From the NCBI RefSeq assembly GCF_006345805.1, contig NC_043009.1, positions 45,446,001 to 45,510,000 on the forward strand: DNA of 64,000 bases, written 5' to 3'. Every line of letters begins with the position of its first letter. Position 1 is the stretch's first letter. This DNA comes from Octopus sinensis (taxonomy: Eukaryota). The notes beneath the pieces were generated by a model, which searched no databases, had not been told where the DNA came from, and saw only the letters and a list, made by a program, of their open reading frames with translations. The position numbers were made by a program, and so were the translations under genes. Shown in pieces: positions 1 to 13,002 of this stretch.

Positions 1-14
1 AATTGGTACTGAAA

Positions 15-15
<1 letters not shown>

Positions 16-67
<52 letters not shown>

Positions 68-93
68 CTCTCTCTCTCTCACGCACACACACA
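16..93. repeat. (CA)n/(CT)n compound microsatellite
   Basis: Directly visible. Confidence 0.95.
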
Positions 94-664
94 CATTGTG
101 GATTATTATGACAGAATTTCTGTGCATATCCTACCCGTATATTTTTTTGCAGGATGTATACTCACTTAGACTTCGCTTTAAAAAATCTTACCCCGAAGCC
201 GACAGCGAAGGAAAAAATGTCTTAGAAACCTTGATACCGCTCCCTTTATGAGATCTCCATCAGCATAGTAGCTCCCACCGTGGCAGACAAGAAGTCGGAA
301 TTGTCTTGTTTAAGGGTATTCTATATATTACGTTAAGCCATTATACTACGTGCCATATATGGGATTACAAGTTTAATGTAATATGTGGATATCTTGGATC
401 TCCAGGGAAGCACGTGTTTGCCATATATTCAGAGTAAAACTCATAGTCAGGAGTCTACCACGTTATGCACAGTAAGGGCTAATGCACGCTTATTTCATGC
501 AGTGATTTGTTCCTCTTCTATGGTATTAATTAGAGCATGGTGAACTGGGCTACTTGGATGTATACACATTCATCACCATCGTCGTTGTCGTCATCATCAT
601 CATCCTCATATTAAAGCCCTGAACATTAATGTTAAGGGATAGGACACATACTTTTAGTCATTTA

Positions 665-790
665 CAGATAAGTGGATTGGAACAACGTTAAATGAAATGT
701 TTTGCTCAAGATCACAACGTACCGCCCATTCTGGGAATTGAAACCAGGAACTTGTGATTGTGATTGCAACATACTAATGACAAGGCCATA
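665..790 (-). mobile_element. Diverged tRNA-head SINE fragment (further family)
   Basis: TTGCTCAAGATCACAACG...GGAATTGAAACC reads on the minus strand as a B box followed by CTTGAGCAA. A related fragment lies at ~40885-40965. Confidence 0.5.
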
Positions 791-919
791 TTACCCATCT
801 TCAAAAGGAATTGGGATACTGCGCTTTCGATCTGGCAATCGTTTTGTGAGCATGCCTTTAAATATCAACTGCCATGCAGCAAGGACATGTCGATATGTTC
901 CTATGTTCAAACATTACAA

Positions 920-928
920 AGATATACT

Positions 929-982
<54 letters not shown>

Positions 983-1021
983 GAGAGAGAAAGATAGAGA
1001 GAAAGACAAAGAGAGAGAGAG
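920..1021. repeat. (GA)n microsatellite
   Basis: Directly visible. Confidence 0.95.
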
Positions 1022-2328
1022 TTTTAAAATTTACTTGTATAGAGAACACGTAGATGTACGTTATAAGTTATGAATATTTTCTTAAATTGCCATAGTGAAC
1101 ACCTATTATTCATTACACAAGCAAGTTTCCTTCTTTAACCTCGACAACGAAATACTTCGAAGATTAAAATAGCGTTGAATATTCTGCCAATGGTACCATT
1201 AATGTTACGCGTAACTAGCAACACAATGATCAATTGTTCTCTTCTGTGAGAGGATAAAGTTAATATTCTATTTTGGTAAAATTCTATTGAAATAATCGAT
1301 AATTTTCATGTTAAAAACTCATAAATTTTTGCTCAAAGTTTTAATTTTAAAATAAATTTATATTGATTCTATCTTCGTCAAAATTCGAATATTTTTGTAA
1401 GGAAAGTAAGCAGATGTTATTTATTAAATACCTTTTATATTACTGGTATCGTAATTTTTTTAATGTATGCCGAATTGAGAGTTAAATTTTGTTGTGCTGT
1501 GGTTTAAAACTGAAGAAAGCATTTCATCATAGAGATGATAATGTGTAGACATAGTGATGTCTACACGCGGAGACGTTCCTCTCATATATTTGGAAATCGT
1601 TAATAGTTCAAGGGAAGATATATAGAGCTCGTGCATGGGTGAGACTGAGGTGGTTACTATATAAGGGATAAGAGGAGAAAAAGGAACACTAGATAGAAAG
1701 AGGAGAGAAAAAATATGAATGAAAGAAAGAAAGGAGAAAGTGAAGGAGAAAGCAGAGAAGAAATAGAAGGAAGAGGAACAGGTAGAATAAAAGAAGGACC
1801 AAGAAGAGGAGAAGAACATATCAAGTGGAATATTTGCTCGCAGGTCCTACCAAAGTACAAAAATGAGCTGGATGTAATCATGTTTCACTATTTGTTCGAT
1901 AACTTACTTAATACAATGCATTTCTATTTTGCCTGGGAATAGCAGAAGAATGCATAAGAAAGTTTTTTCTTTGTCGTCATGTGCCTCTCATGCCGCAAAT
2001 GCAATGTGCAATATGGTGTAGCCAATCTTGTTTCGCTGAACAAGTAACTCGAAAATAGAACCAAAAATGTCACAACAAATGTTAGGCTTGAACAATACTA
2101 AAGATATCTCTTGACTGTTGCACATTCGTAAACTAGTAATGAACTGCATCATAAAAATCACCCTTTGTTTAAATAACCAGAAAATATTTCACCTCACGGA
2201 AATTAATAACTTATTTTAGAGATAAAATGGTTTCCTGGATCCTAGATTTGAAGAGGTTCTGTTGTTATATTCCCAGATATACTACAGTGCTATATTATGT
2301 TACATTCACAGATTTACTACAGTGAGAA

Positions 2329-2366
<38 letters not shown>

Positions 2367-4043
2367 AAGCGTGTATGTATTTGCGTATATATTATACATA
2401 CACACTTAAATATACATTTAAACAACTCCGATTTTTATGGTTTCCTATTGTGTGGTGCCATGGTACCCGTGTGGGATATAATAAACTTTAGCAGCAAGAG
2501 TTAAATGTTTCTGCTATAAAACCACTACCAGTCGGATGATCATTTTAGTGTACTTCTGTCGGCTCATATCCCTCGGTCGTTAACGTTGGTTTTCATTCTT
2601 TCGTTGTTGATACATGTAGGCAAATACAGAAGTCACTGTAACTGACTAGCACCCTTCCCATAAGTTTGCTAGCCTCATGCCTAAATTTGACACACTTATA
2701 TAAATCATTAAGATGTCAACCAGAGGAAGAAACAGCACCTTACTGACTCAGAATTAAACTTACTTAGTTCCGTTTAATTCTTACGTATGTAAATATATGC
2801 AAATGCTGTGGTCAGCACAGATCAGTTTCTGCTGTTGGGTTTAGAAGAGAAGTGGGGAGGGAACAAAGTATGAAATGAAAAAAGAAAAAGCGAAATAGGT
2901 GTTAAGCCGAATGGCTTTGTTCAATGTGACCCACGGTGCTATGAAATAAATACTTGTGCATCGGAGTAGATTAAATTAAAAGGAGACAAAATGAAAATCG
3001 TGTAGATATCTTGAATAGAATTTTTGTTGAGTAAAGAGGAAAACTTTTGTGGGGAATAGCTGACAAAAATAATGATTAATGCAGAAAAATAAACGTTTGG
3101 TAGAAATTTACTGGTGTTCGATGAGGCAAAATAAGTCGACTTCGCGTGATAAAATTTACGAGATCCTACTTGGAAATGGTCCAGAAGCAAGAAGAATTTG
3201 ATTTGAGAGTCGTTTGTTGTACGCTGACCCAAAGGGAAGTCAGTTAATCACATAGATATGCCAAGTTGTATTTTATACAACTGGAGATTATTTCCCAGAT
3301 ATTTTCATCGATATCGCTTTAACAAGTGTTTCCTGAGTTTTATCACGGAATCAAGACAATTTAGTGTTGATGTACAAAAAAAAAAATAGTGTTATGTTAT
3401 CAGTAGATCTTTTGGAATAGAATTCGTAGAGTAATATTATTACTTATTCACCTCTAGGTAAATATAGTTATCATTTCTATAATTTTCAGATGAAGCTAGA
3501 ATAAATAGAAATTATTATTATTATTGATATTATTATTATTATCATCAATGATAATAAGGAATCGAATTATCTAAATTACTTGGACATGTCCACTTATATA
3601 ATTTGTATTTGCTTCAAGGCAAACGTTTCTTTTGATATTCAGGAAACAATCATCACTTGAGAGCGTTACATTTTTGTTTGCCACTATTAGTTTATTCTGT
3701 ATCCAGACCGATTATGCTTATATGTGTGTGCGTGTGTGTGTGCAGACGCACGCGCGTGCTCGTATATATGTGTACATACATTTATACGTATCTGATAATT
3801 CAACACGTCTATTTGATCGTCAGTTGCAGGCTCAACGTCATTCAGAACGTATCTTTCACTCTTTATAGACGTATGTCAAACTCTCTCCTTGTCCCTTCGA
3901 CAAGCCATAGCTTGAACAAGATCTCCCCTTTGTATGACTTATGTCCCACCTGTTGCTTTTACCAGGAAATTATGTCGAAAGTTCTACCAATGCAATTTTA
4001 TTTGCCATGTCCCATAAATTATATTCGATTTATTAACTACTTA

Positions 4044-4208
4044 GGTGCAGGAGTGGCTGTGTGGTAAGTAGCTTCCTTACCAACCACATGGTTCTGGGTT
4101 CAGTCCCACTGCGTGGCACCTTGGGCAAGTGTCTTCTACTATAGCTTCGGGCCGACCAAAGCCTTGTGAGTGGATTTGGTAGACGGAAACAGAAAGAAGC
4201 CAGTCGTA

Positions 4209-4299
<91 letters not shown>

Positions 4300-4542
4300 A
4301 TGTGTGTGTGTGTGTGTGCGTGTATGTGTATTTGTGTGTCTTTGTTTGTTCCCCCAACACCGCTTGACAACCGATGCTGGTGTGTTTACGTCCACGTAAC
4401 TTAGCGGTTCGGCTAAAGAGATCCGATAGAATAAGTACTAGGCTTACAAAGAATAAGTCCTGGGGTCGATTTGCTTGACTAAAGGCGGTGCTCCAGCATG
4501 GCCGCAGTCAAATGACTGAATCAAGTAAAAGAGTGAAAGAGT
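4044..4542 (+). mobile_element. tRNA-derived SINE family A (CORE-like centre, internal (TA)n/(TG)n)
   Basis: Head has A box (TGGCTGTGTGG) and B box (GGTTCAGTCC), then CCTTGGGCAAGT, an internal microsatellite and a shared tail GGCGGTGCTCCAGCATGGCCGCAGTCAAATGACTGA. Multiple copies occur in the window. Confidence 0.88.
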
Positions 4543-4951
4543 ACTTTAACATATAGTTGTTTATCACAAGAACAGAAAATAATAAAATATATTTGGTGTT
4601 GTTGGACATAAAGCGAAACGGTGTCAGTATTTGCAATTGGCAGCAATATTAAGATATTTGAAAAGCTTCGCTGTTGCTACAATGCAGTAACATCAGTGCG
4701 TTACATGACATTGTCCACAAAGAGTTCTTGTCTGCATTCCATGTCACAATCTTCACTCCGATAGTTCCTATACTGACGATGCAGATACCAATGGTGAAAT
4801 TAGTGGTATACTGATATTTAGCGTATTAATGATAATTATTATAATTTTAACGAGAATTATTGTGTTAGTGGTAGTAATGTCCTTGGAAATATTAGTTTCA
4901 AATTTTGACTCAAGGCCAGCAACTTCAGGTAAGTAGATTAGATCGACCCTA

Positions 4952-5364
4952 AAGGCGGCGAGCTGGCAGAAACGTTAGCACGCCAGGCGAATTCTTAGCG
5001 GTATTTCGTCTGCCGCTACGTTCTGAGTTCAAATTCCACCGAGGTCGACTTTGCCTTTCACCCTTCGGGGTCGAAAATTAAATACCAGTCACGCACTGGG
5101 GTCGATGTAATCGACTTAATTCCTTTCTCTGTTCTTGTTTGTTCCCTCTGTGTTTAGCCCCTTGTGGGTAGTAAAGAAATAGGTATTTCGTCTGTCTTTA
5201 AGATCAGAGTTCAAATTCTGCAGGGGCCGACTTTGCCTTTCACCCTTCGGGGCCGCTAAATTAAATACCAGTTACGCACTGGGGTCGATGTAATCGACTT
5301 AATTCCTTTGTCTGTTCTTGTTTGTTCCCTCTATGTTGAGCCTCTTGTGGGCAATAAAGAAATA
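4952..5364 (+). mobile_element. tRNA-derived SINE family B head-to-tail dimer with 17-bp TSD
   Basis: One head (AAGGCGGCGAGCTGGCAGAAACGTTAGC), then two ~182-bp units starting GGTATTTCGTC at 5000 and 5182. TSD AGATTAGATCGACCCTA at 4935-4951 and 5365-5381. The central GAGGTCGACTTTGCCTTTCATCC resembles the Meta/MESC SINE domain (from recall, unverified). Confidence 0.85.
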
Positions 5365-5525
5365 AGATTAGATCGACCCTATTACTCGATACGTACTTGT
5401 TTTATCGAATCCGAAAGGATGGACGGCAAAATTGACCTCGGCGAAATTTGAACTCAGAACAAACTAACAGACGAAATGCAGGATAAGCATTTTGCCCTGT
5501 GTTCTAACGATTCTGCCAGCACCCT
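5365..5525 (-). mobile_element. Older family B SINE split by the dimer insertion (other part at ~4890-4951)
   Basis: Reverse-complement match to the family B head and centre (GGCAAAATTGACCTCGGCGAAATTTGAACTCAG). Confidence 0.75.
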
Positions 5526-5622
5526 GTATTCAACGGCGCTGGAAATACTAGTGATGCTTCAGATGATATTGTTAGTAATACGACTGAAGTCATTGAGGGT
5601 TAAAGAAATGTAGGGATTTCTA

Positions 5623-6035
5623 TACTCTTACTCTTTACTCTTTTACTTGTTTCAGTCATTTGACTGCGGCCATGCTGGAGCACCGCCTTTAATCGAGCAA
5701 CTCGACCCCGGGACTTATTCTTTTGTAAGCCCAGTACTTATTCTATCGGTCTCTTTTGCCGAACCGCTAAGTAACGGGGACATAAACACACCAGCATCGG
5801 TTGTCAAGCAATGCTACGGGGACAAACACAGACGCACAAACACACACGCATATATATATATATACATATATACGACGGGCTTCTTTCAGTTTCCGTCTAC
5901 CAAATCCACTCACAAGGCTTTGGTCGGCCCGAGACTATAGTAGAAGACACTTGCCCAAGGTGCCACGCAGTGGGACTGAACCCGGAACCATGTGGTTGGT
6001 AAACAAGCTACTTACCACACAGCCACTCCTGCGCC
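5623..6035 (-). mobile_element. SINE family A copy
   Basis: Reverse complement of the 4044-4542 element, with a shorter internal microsatellite. Confidence 0.88.
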
Positions 6036-6414
6036 GATCTATATGGTATTGGTTTTCGTGATGGCAAAGTTGTTTTATTTTTTCGAAGGTCAGTTTTGAT
6101 TTAGCAGGGTTTTAACTGATTGATTTGTAGTATGACTTGAGACGGCCAGGTGTATCCAGTGTTAACTCGGTAAAGACAATGAAAGCGATAATGTTGGTGA
6201 AAGTATTTCGGCTGATAGTTGTCGTTTTGTATCATATCAGCCCCTATTCTTACCAAAGACGTTCCAGTCATTATCACCCCATCTTTATCAGATATAGTGT
6301 ATCTAGGACTACATTATGCAACGTGTTTTTCTTTTTAATAAGACGGTTGGGTATTCTTTTGCGGCAGATATCCTAATTTCATGCTGCAAAAGGTGGTGTT
6401 CATGAGAATATTGT

Positions 6415-6426
6415 TGCTGATGGTTG

Positions 6427-6472
<46 letters not shown>

Positions 6473-6496
6473 GATGATGATGATGATGATGATGAT
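6415..6496. repeat. (GAT)n/(GGT)n trinucleotide array
   Basis: Directly visible. Confidence 0.95.
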
Positions 6497-7934
6497 CGTG
6501 CCGCAAGTGTGCTAGTGGCAATAGTGACACGGATGATAGTGATAGTATTGCTGTAGTGTAGTGGTGTCGATGATGTCTATGGTGGCGTTGTTTTATTTTA
6601 AGGTCTGTGTTGTTAGCACTGATAACAGTGATTATTATGGGGGGTTAAGGACAGGTAGCGGAGATGTTGTTGGTATTAGCTGCGAAGTTATTAATTTGTT
6701 ATAGAAGTAACAACACTGAAAACACTACAAGTAGAAATGCGCAGAGGAAAAAGAAGCTAAAGATTGTGATTATTCGAAAAGTCGAACTGCTTCAAACATA
6801 AATATAAACATTACGTCTGCTGGATATAAATTATTTATATGTAAAGACGAAATAGTATATACACAAATTAAATATTTTGGCGAGTTACCAAAATATTGGT
6901 ACCTATTATTGTTCCTACTCTACGTAATAAAACCAGATATCTTTAGAGTAGGAATATTCAATATATTCTTGTATTTTCCCTTTAGAAATAATTTCCTTGT
7001 AGGAGATTCTTTAGCTTCTCTGAGTTTAATCTCGTTACACTTATTCGATTTAACTATATGTATGCAGGCGAGCAAGCATTTTAATAAGGTCTATATTTTC
7101 GGAACATTGATAGGAAGACATAATTTAATGAAATCGGTGTCAGAGCCTTTTTGAAATGTAGCATATGCATGAAAAATATAGGAAGCTATAAACCTTAGCA
7201 ACCCTGTGTGAGCTGTTGGTGCATAACACTGCCGACTGAAAGAAATATGACGTCATAGGTTGCTTCTGCAGTCGATAACGCTTTCATGATCATTCCTGTG
7301 TTTCTTTTTTTTTTTTGAATAGCAAATTTATTTTACAGATTAAGAATTTCTTAGATGTTATCCACATGATGTTCAATAGGTAAAGTTATTGCCAGTGCAT
7401 TTCATTGATATTGAGTTGCGCTGTATTATTGGGAGTAAAGTCACTTCATCTGTAAAACCCTAAATCAATACTTCTCAAATTTTTTAACTATCGCACTCCG
7501 CTCATGTTTTACTCGTATTTTGTGGATTCTTGCTTCGATTCTAATTCCCTGATCCATTATTTTACGTATATACATGTAATATCAGGCCAGAATAGTTTAG
7601 TTTGATGTGAATAACTTACCACAATGCCACAATGTTATAACGAATACTTTTATTATTGGTGGCACATATTCGCTTTTATTTATTTGTTTATCGACATTTC
7701 GAAATCTATTATTATTATTGCAGATGTGACCGTTGTTATTGTTGTTGGTGCGAACGTGGCAAACAATTTCATTGCTTTTAAAATGCTTTAAAAGTCAATA
7801 TTTAAATAGTGATGAAGCACTAAAAGAACTGTATAGAAGCTTCTATTCCCTATTCCTACTGTCTTATCTGTTTCCTAGTACTACTGTCCCTCAGTGGAGC
7901 AGTACCACCCACTGCGAAAAGCATTGATTTAAAT

Positions 7935-8150
7935 AATCCTTTCTACTATAGTCACAGGGCTTGAAATCTTCGAAGAAATTGCTCGAAGATTACATAGACC
8001 CCAATGCTTGACTGATACTTATTTTATCGACTCTAATAAATGAAAAGCATAATCGAAAATGGAGGAATTCGAAGTTAAAACGTACAGAGACAGATGAAAC
8101 ACCGTTAAGCATTGTACAGCGTGCTAACCATTCTGACAGCTTGCAGCCTT
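7935..8150 (-). mobile_element. Diverged SINE family B copy
   Basis: Degenerate reverse-complement match (GACCCCAATGCTTGACTGATACTTATTTTATCGAC...GCGTGCTAACCATTCTG). Confidence 0.6.
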
Positions 8151-10473
8151 AACTGTTCTGGACAATAATCTTAACTACATACATTTGGCTGTTTGCTAGG
8201 GATGTAAATTCTATATAATTGCTCAGTGCATCGTTATTATTCAACAAGTATAGCAATTGGCATGTGGATAAAAATAAATTAAAATTTCATAAACAATTAA
8301 CATCGTAGAAAATCCAGTCCCTGTCATGTGATAACAAACAAAATTGTCATGATGTGTCACATTTGTCGCATCGCTGCTACCTGACCATTGATGCATTAGT
8401 AAATAAAAATTTGAAATTAACTTCATAGTTTTCGCTACTATGAAATGACTAGAATGACTGTTACAATGCAAATGTTTAACTTTCAACAGAGTGTCTGATC
8501 ATGTTGGTTGGTACAGAAATACAATTCTGAGAATAATATATTATAAAAATAAATACAAGACGCATTGCACTTTGTCTTTGTGTGCTGACATGGGGCCAAT
8601 TTACGTCGAGTTGCCTCATTATGTCACTTCTCTCCTCGAAAAGTCTGTAATTTTTGAAAATGCGAGTAATTTTCAAAGTTGTGCACAGTGTTTTGCCTTT
8701 ACTCATTTTCTGTCACTCATGACACACACTTTCAGTCTCTATTTCTCTATTCATCTCCCCTCTTTCTTTCATTTCTGTTTCCTTTTCCTTTATTTTATTC
8801 TCACTTGTCTGCCATATTTTGTCCATCTTTCTATCTTTTTGTATTTCTCTCCTTTCTTTCTTACGTTTCTTCTTTATTTCGTTGTTTTCTTTCTTTCCTT
8901 CTATATCTGTTTGATTTATTTGCATGTAGCCGATTGTAAAAATAGAGCAAGACTATTTTTCTATTTCCGTTGATTAAAAAAAAACAGCAAACAAAGTATT
9001 CAAATCCAATGTTACTTATTTAAAAGATAAAAAAAAAATCCTTACATAGAGTAACTGAGACATTAATCGCTATGAGAATGTTAATGCTATTGATATCTCT
9101 TCATAAACGTCATGGAATTTGATATACTCCGTTATGGTTGTAAATTCTCTAAGCTAGAACGAATTATGCAAATAAATATTTTATGATAAACTTAAATTTA
9201 TCTGTATTTTAAAATCCTAGTTTGCTTGTGGAAACTTAGAATCGCTTCTGTACGCTGACCTTTATAAAATGGCAGTTCATAAAATAGCTGCTTGATAGTC
9301 TCTAACTTCTCTAGATGTTTAAATACATATTTATTATATTTTGTGAAGTAGTTGACCTTAGAAAATTAACTTAAGATTTCTTCAGAAAATTGAGAAACCA
9401 TATATTCACATTCAGCAAATTGCAATTAGTTTGTTCATGGCAAACAAAATATGTATGAAGAAAAGGAGTTGAATATTTAAACAAAACGATAAAATTTTCT
9501 CAGAAGAAAAAAAAGGAAAACTATATATTTGTCTAGTTAAATGGAGAAATGCGTTTATCAAGAGAAAAGGTAAATATTTAATCAGAAAATTGAAAAAGTA
9601 TATATAAGTAGAATTAAATAAGAATGCAAATACGAAATAAACTGAAATTTGCACTTCGTTTTATTGAATTACTATGCGATATGTGACACTTTGGATGCAA
9701 AAAGATAAAGAAGTATCATTTGAATTGGATCTTAGCCAATATCATGGGCGCACACACATGCATATGTATGTATGTGTGTGTGTTTGTGTGAGTGTGTGTG
9801 TCTGTAGGTGTGCATGTGAATGTGAGTGCTTGCATGCTTTTGCATGCATATGTTTCTATAAAATAGATATAAAGATATTTCACATATATATATATATTTA
9901 CATGGAGAGAGTGAGAGGGGGAAATAGATAAAACAAAACAAAACAGGAGAGTTTGTTCCTAAACCATTTAGTTTATGAACATATAATCTTGTTTTGACTT
10001 GTTTTTAGTATTGTACTCAATGACCTCTCCACCACTGCAGTTCAACCGAGTTGAATTCAGTCTGACATGCGAATCAGACCACCTCTCGATGCTCACTGCG
10101 GATGTAAAGGAATACGCTTGGAATACTAAATAATTATTTGTCGTGCGACTCAAATACATGTATGCGTGTGTGTATACAAGTTTATGTGTGTGTGTGCATG
10201 TACGTGTGTTTGTGTGTCTAGGTGGTGCCCCAGCATGGCCGCAGTTTAAGAACTGAAATGAAAGCCAAAGTGACAGTATATAATGATGCAGAAACGTATA
10301 CGTCCTAGGCTCCTATGACGTCATTCATAACCAGACAGTGCGTTTACAGTGCGTTTACAGTGCGTTTTCTATAAGGAGAAGTGTTTTTACTTGAGACATT
10401 TTCTGCAACATATTACGACATATACATATATGAACACACACACTCACAGATATATAAATATATGTATATATAT

Positions 10474-10913
10474 ACAACTTATAAATAAGGGCAAACGAAA
10501 AAATTTCTAATGCCAAATATGCCGAAAATTGGACATTTACCATATAATTTTTTTCCCCAGTACACACGCTACTCGAAAAAAGGCCGACAGAATTCTCTAA
10601 AAAATTTCATTAATTCCATATCGGACAGATTTCAGGGTTAGCTCATAAGAGCCCTCCCTTCTTCCATGGGTATGAGTAAGTATCTCATTTACTTCTTTGC
10701 CACATGTATCGTTGACGAAGGGAGGGTTCTTTTTGAACTAACCCTGAAATCGGTCCGATATGGTAATAATGGAATTTTTTAGAGATTTCTGTCGGCCTTT
10801 TTTCGAGTAGCGTGCGTACTGGGGAACAAATTATATGGTAAATGGACAATATGTCCAATTTTCGGCATATTTGGCACTAGAAATTTTTTCGTTTGCCCTT
10901 ATTTATAAGTTGT
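10474..10913. mobile_element. Foldback/MITE-like element, ~195-bp imperfect inverted arms
   Basis: 10474-10666 is the reverse complement of 10716-10913, with few mismatches and one short indel. Spacer is ~50 nt. Confidence 0.85.
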
Positions 10914-11014
10914 TTATAATTTAACCTTTAAAAGTATTTTTTAATATGCTGGCCATCGATAGAATTTTTTTCGAAAAAATGTTATCCTACATTATATATA
11001 TATATATATATATG

Positions 11015-11496
11015 TTGGACAGGACCACCCGCATCAAGCTCATCAGTAGCACTGCTCTACCTGCAATGTTATATGGTAGTGAAACATGTGCTACTACAAA
11101 GAGAGAAGAGCAGAGATTGCTAACGGCTCAAAGAGCCATGGAAAGGTCAATGCATGGAATTTCGTTGAGACAGAACATCAGTAGCGACGTCAGCAGACAG
11201 AAGTCTGGCGTGAGGGATGTCTTCGTAGAATATACACGCTGCAAGTTTAGATAGGCTGGATACGTCACTCGGCTCACCGATATTCGGTGGACCCGCGCTG
11301 CTGTCGAGTGGTATTCGCGACGGCGGAAACGACCACTCGGAAGGCCTCAATGACGGTGTAGTTACGATTTTAGGAGGGCGATTGGGACCACGTAGATTTG
11401 GAAGGTGCGATCCAGAGAAGAGTAGACAGCGTGATGTGACCAGCGTTGTGAAATGGACGCCTGGCGGAGAGGTCGGTCTAGGTGATCAAGGTGATA
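11015..11496 (+). mobile_element. RTE-clade LINE 3' fragment (decayed), in (TA)n
   Basis: Translation gives LPAMLYGSET, QRAMERSMHGISL, KF-R*AGYVTRL, RWTRAAVEWY..RKRPLGRP, typical of the post-RT C-terminal region of RTE elements. It ends in a short GGTGAT repeat tail. Confidence 0.8.
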
Positions 11497-11654
11497 TATA
11501 TATATGCATGTATATATATATACATATATATATATCTTATAATCAAGGAGGTAAAATCTTTATAAGGTTTTATCATATAGGTAAAGAGCCTTTTGGCGTC
11601 TACTTCTCGCATATGGTACTACGCATTAGTGCCCTTACTATATTTATATTTATA

Positions 11655-12052
<398 letters not shown>

Positions 12053-12799
12053 TCAGCAGCTGATATCCAGAGTTACTCAATATAGAAAAAAACTTAGTAA
12101 CGCACAAATGATTTGAACTTTCAAACTTTACTGAGAAATGCGGTGGGACCATGTATAGTGATAAAGATGCAAGTAAACAAATAAAACTGCTTGGGCTCCA
12201 CATATAAAATATACATACATACATATATACATGTAAAGAGAGAGGAAACAAAGACTGAAAATGTTCAGACGATGAATATTCATGTATAAATCTATAAATA
12301 TTTATATATTAACAGAGAAAATTACACTGAGTACAAAGACTGAATAGATGGTATCGTTACAGGTCCGACAGCCGTTTCTGGGGACCTTCTGAAACAGCTG
12401 TCGGACCAGGTTTATTTCTTTGTTTGCATCCTTATGTATGTATGTATGTATGTATGTATGTATGTATGTATGTATGTATGTATGTATATATATTTATATT
12501 TAGTTTTTGGACTTTGGTTTGCAAGATTATTTATGTGAGTTCGTGTGTTGAAGCATATTCCGTTGTGTCGGGGGTCAGGGGAATCATTCTCTTTTGGTGC
12601 CTTATAAATTTCCACCTATTTCCCTTTTATTTTTCTAAAATTTTCGTTGCGTCTTGCAACTTTTTCAATAGTTTTGACTCTGTCCGTTACTGACACTGCG
12701 TTCCTTTTTGTTTGTTTGTGCGCATGTGTTTGGAGGATCAACATACAGACGGATAGTTACATAGGTTATATGAACAAACAAGGATACATACGCAAATGC

Positions 12800-13002
12800 A
12801 GACTGAGCGGGCAGAAACGTGAGCACGCCCCGCGAAATGCGTAGCGGTATTTCGTCTGTCTTTTCCAAATTCCGCCGAGGTCGACTTTGCCTTTCATCCT
12901 TTCAGGGCCGATAAATTGAGTACCAGTTGCATAGTGGAGTCGATTTAACTGACTGGCCTCCTCCCTCTAAATTTTGGGCCCTATGCTTTGAGTAAAAAAG
13001 AA
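12800..13002 (+). mobile_element. SINE family B monomer
   Basis: GGCAGAAACGTGAGCACG...AAATTCCGCCGAGGTCGACTTTGCCTTTCATCC. Confidence 0.78.

Noticed and set aside
1543-1566. 10-bp perfect hairpin GTGTAGACAT-AGTG-ATGTCTACAC
   Set aside because: Isolated and short, with no context. It is plausible by chance in 64 kb.
2939-3360. Possible decayed transposase/helicase (LLVFDEA-like peptide)
   Set aside because: Only one short motif among multiple stops, which is insufficient to assign.
4952-5040. tRNA-like A/B boxes in SINE heads (also 18852, 26809, 51761)
   Set aside because: They continue into SINE bodies and do not form a full cloverleaf, so they are not tRNA genes.
6309-6530. Poly-His, poly-Ile, poly-Tyr, poly-Leu and poly-Asn ORFs (also 13.7, 32.3 and 63.5 kb)
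   Set aside because: They are trinucleotide arrays with no flanking domain or splice support.
8491-8973. 160-aa ORF after a TTTCAACAG acceptor-like site
   Set aside because: The second half is a pyrimidine-rich low-complexity tract, and no motif is recognisable in the first half.
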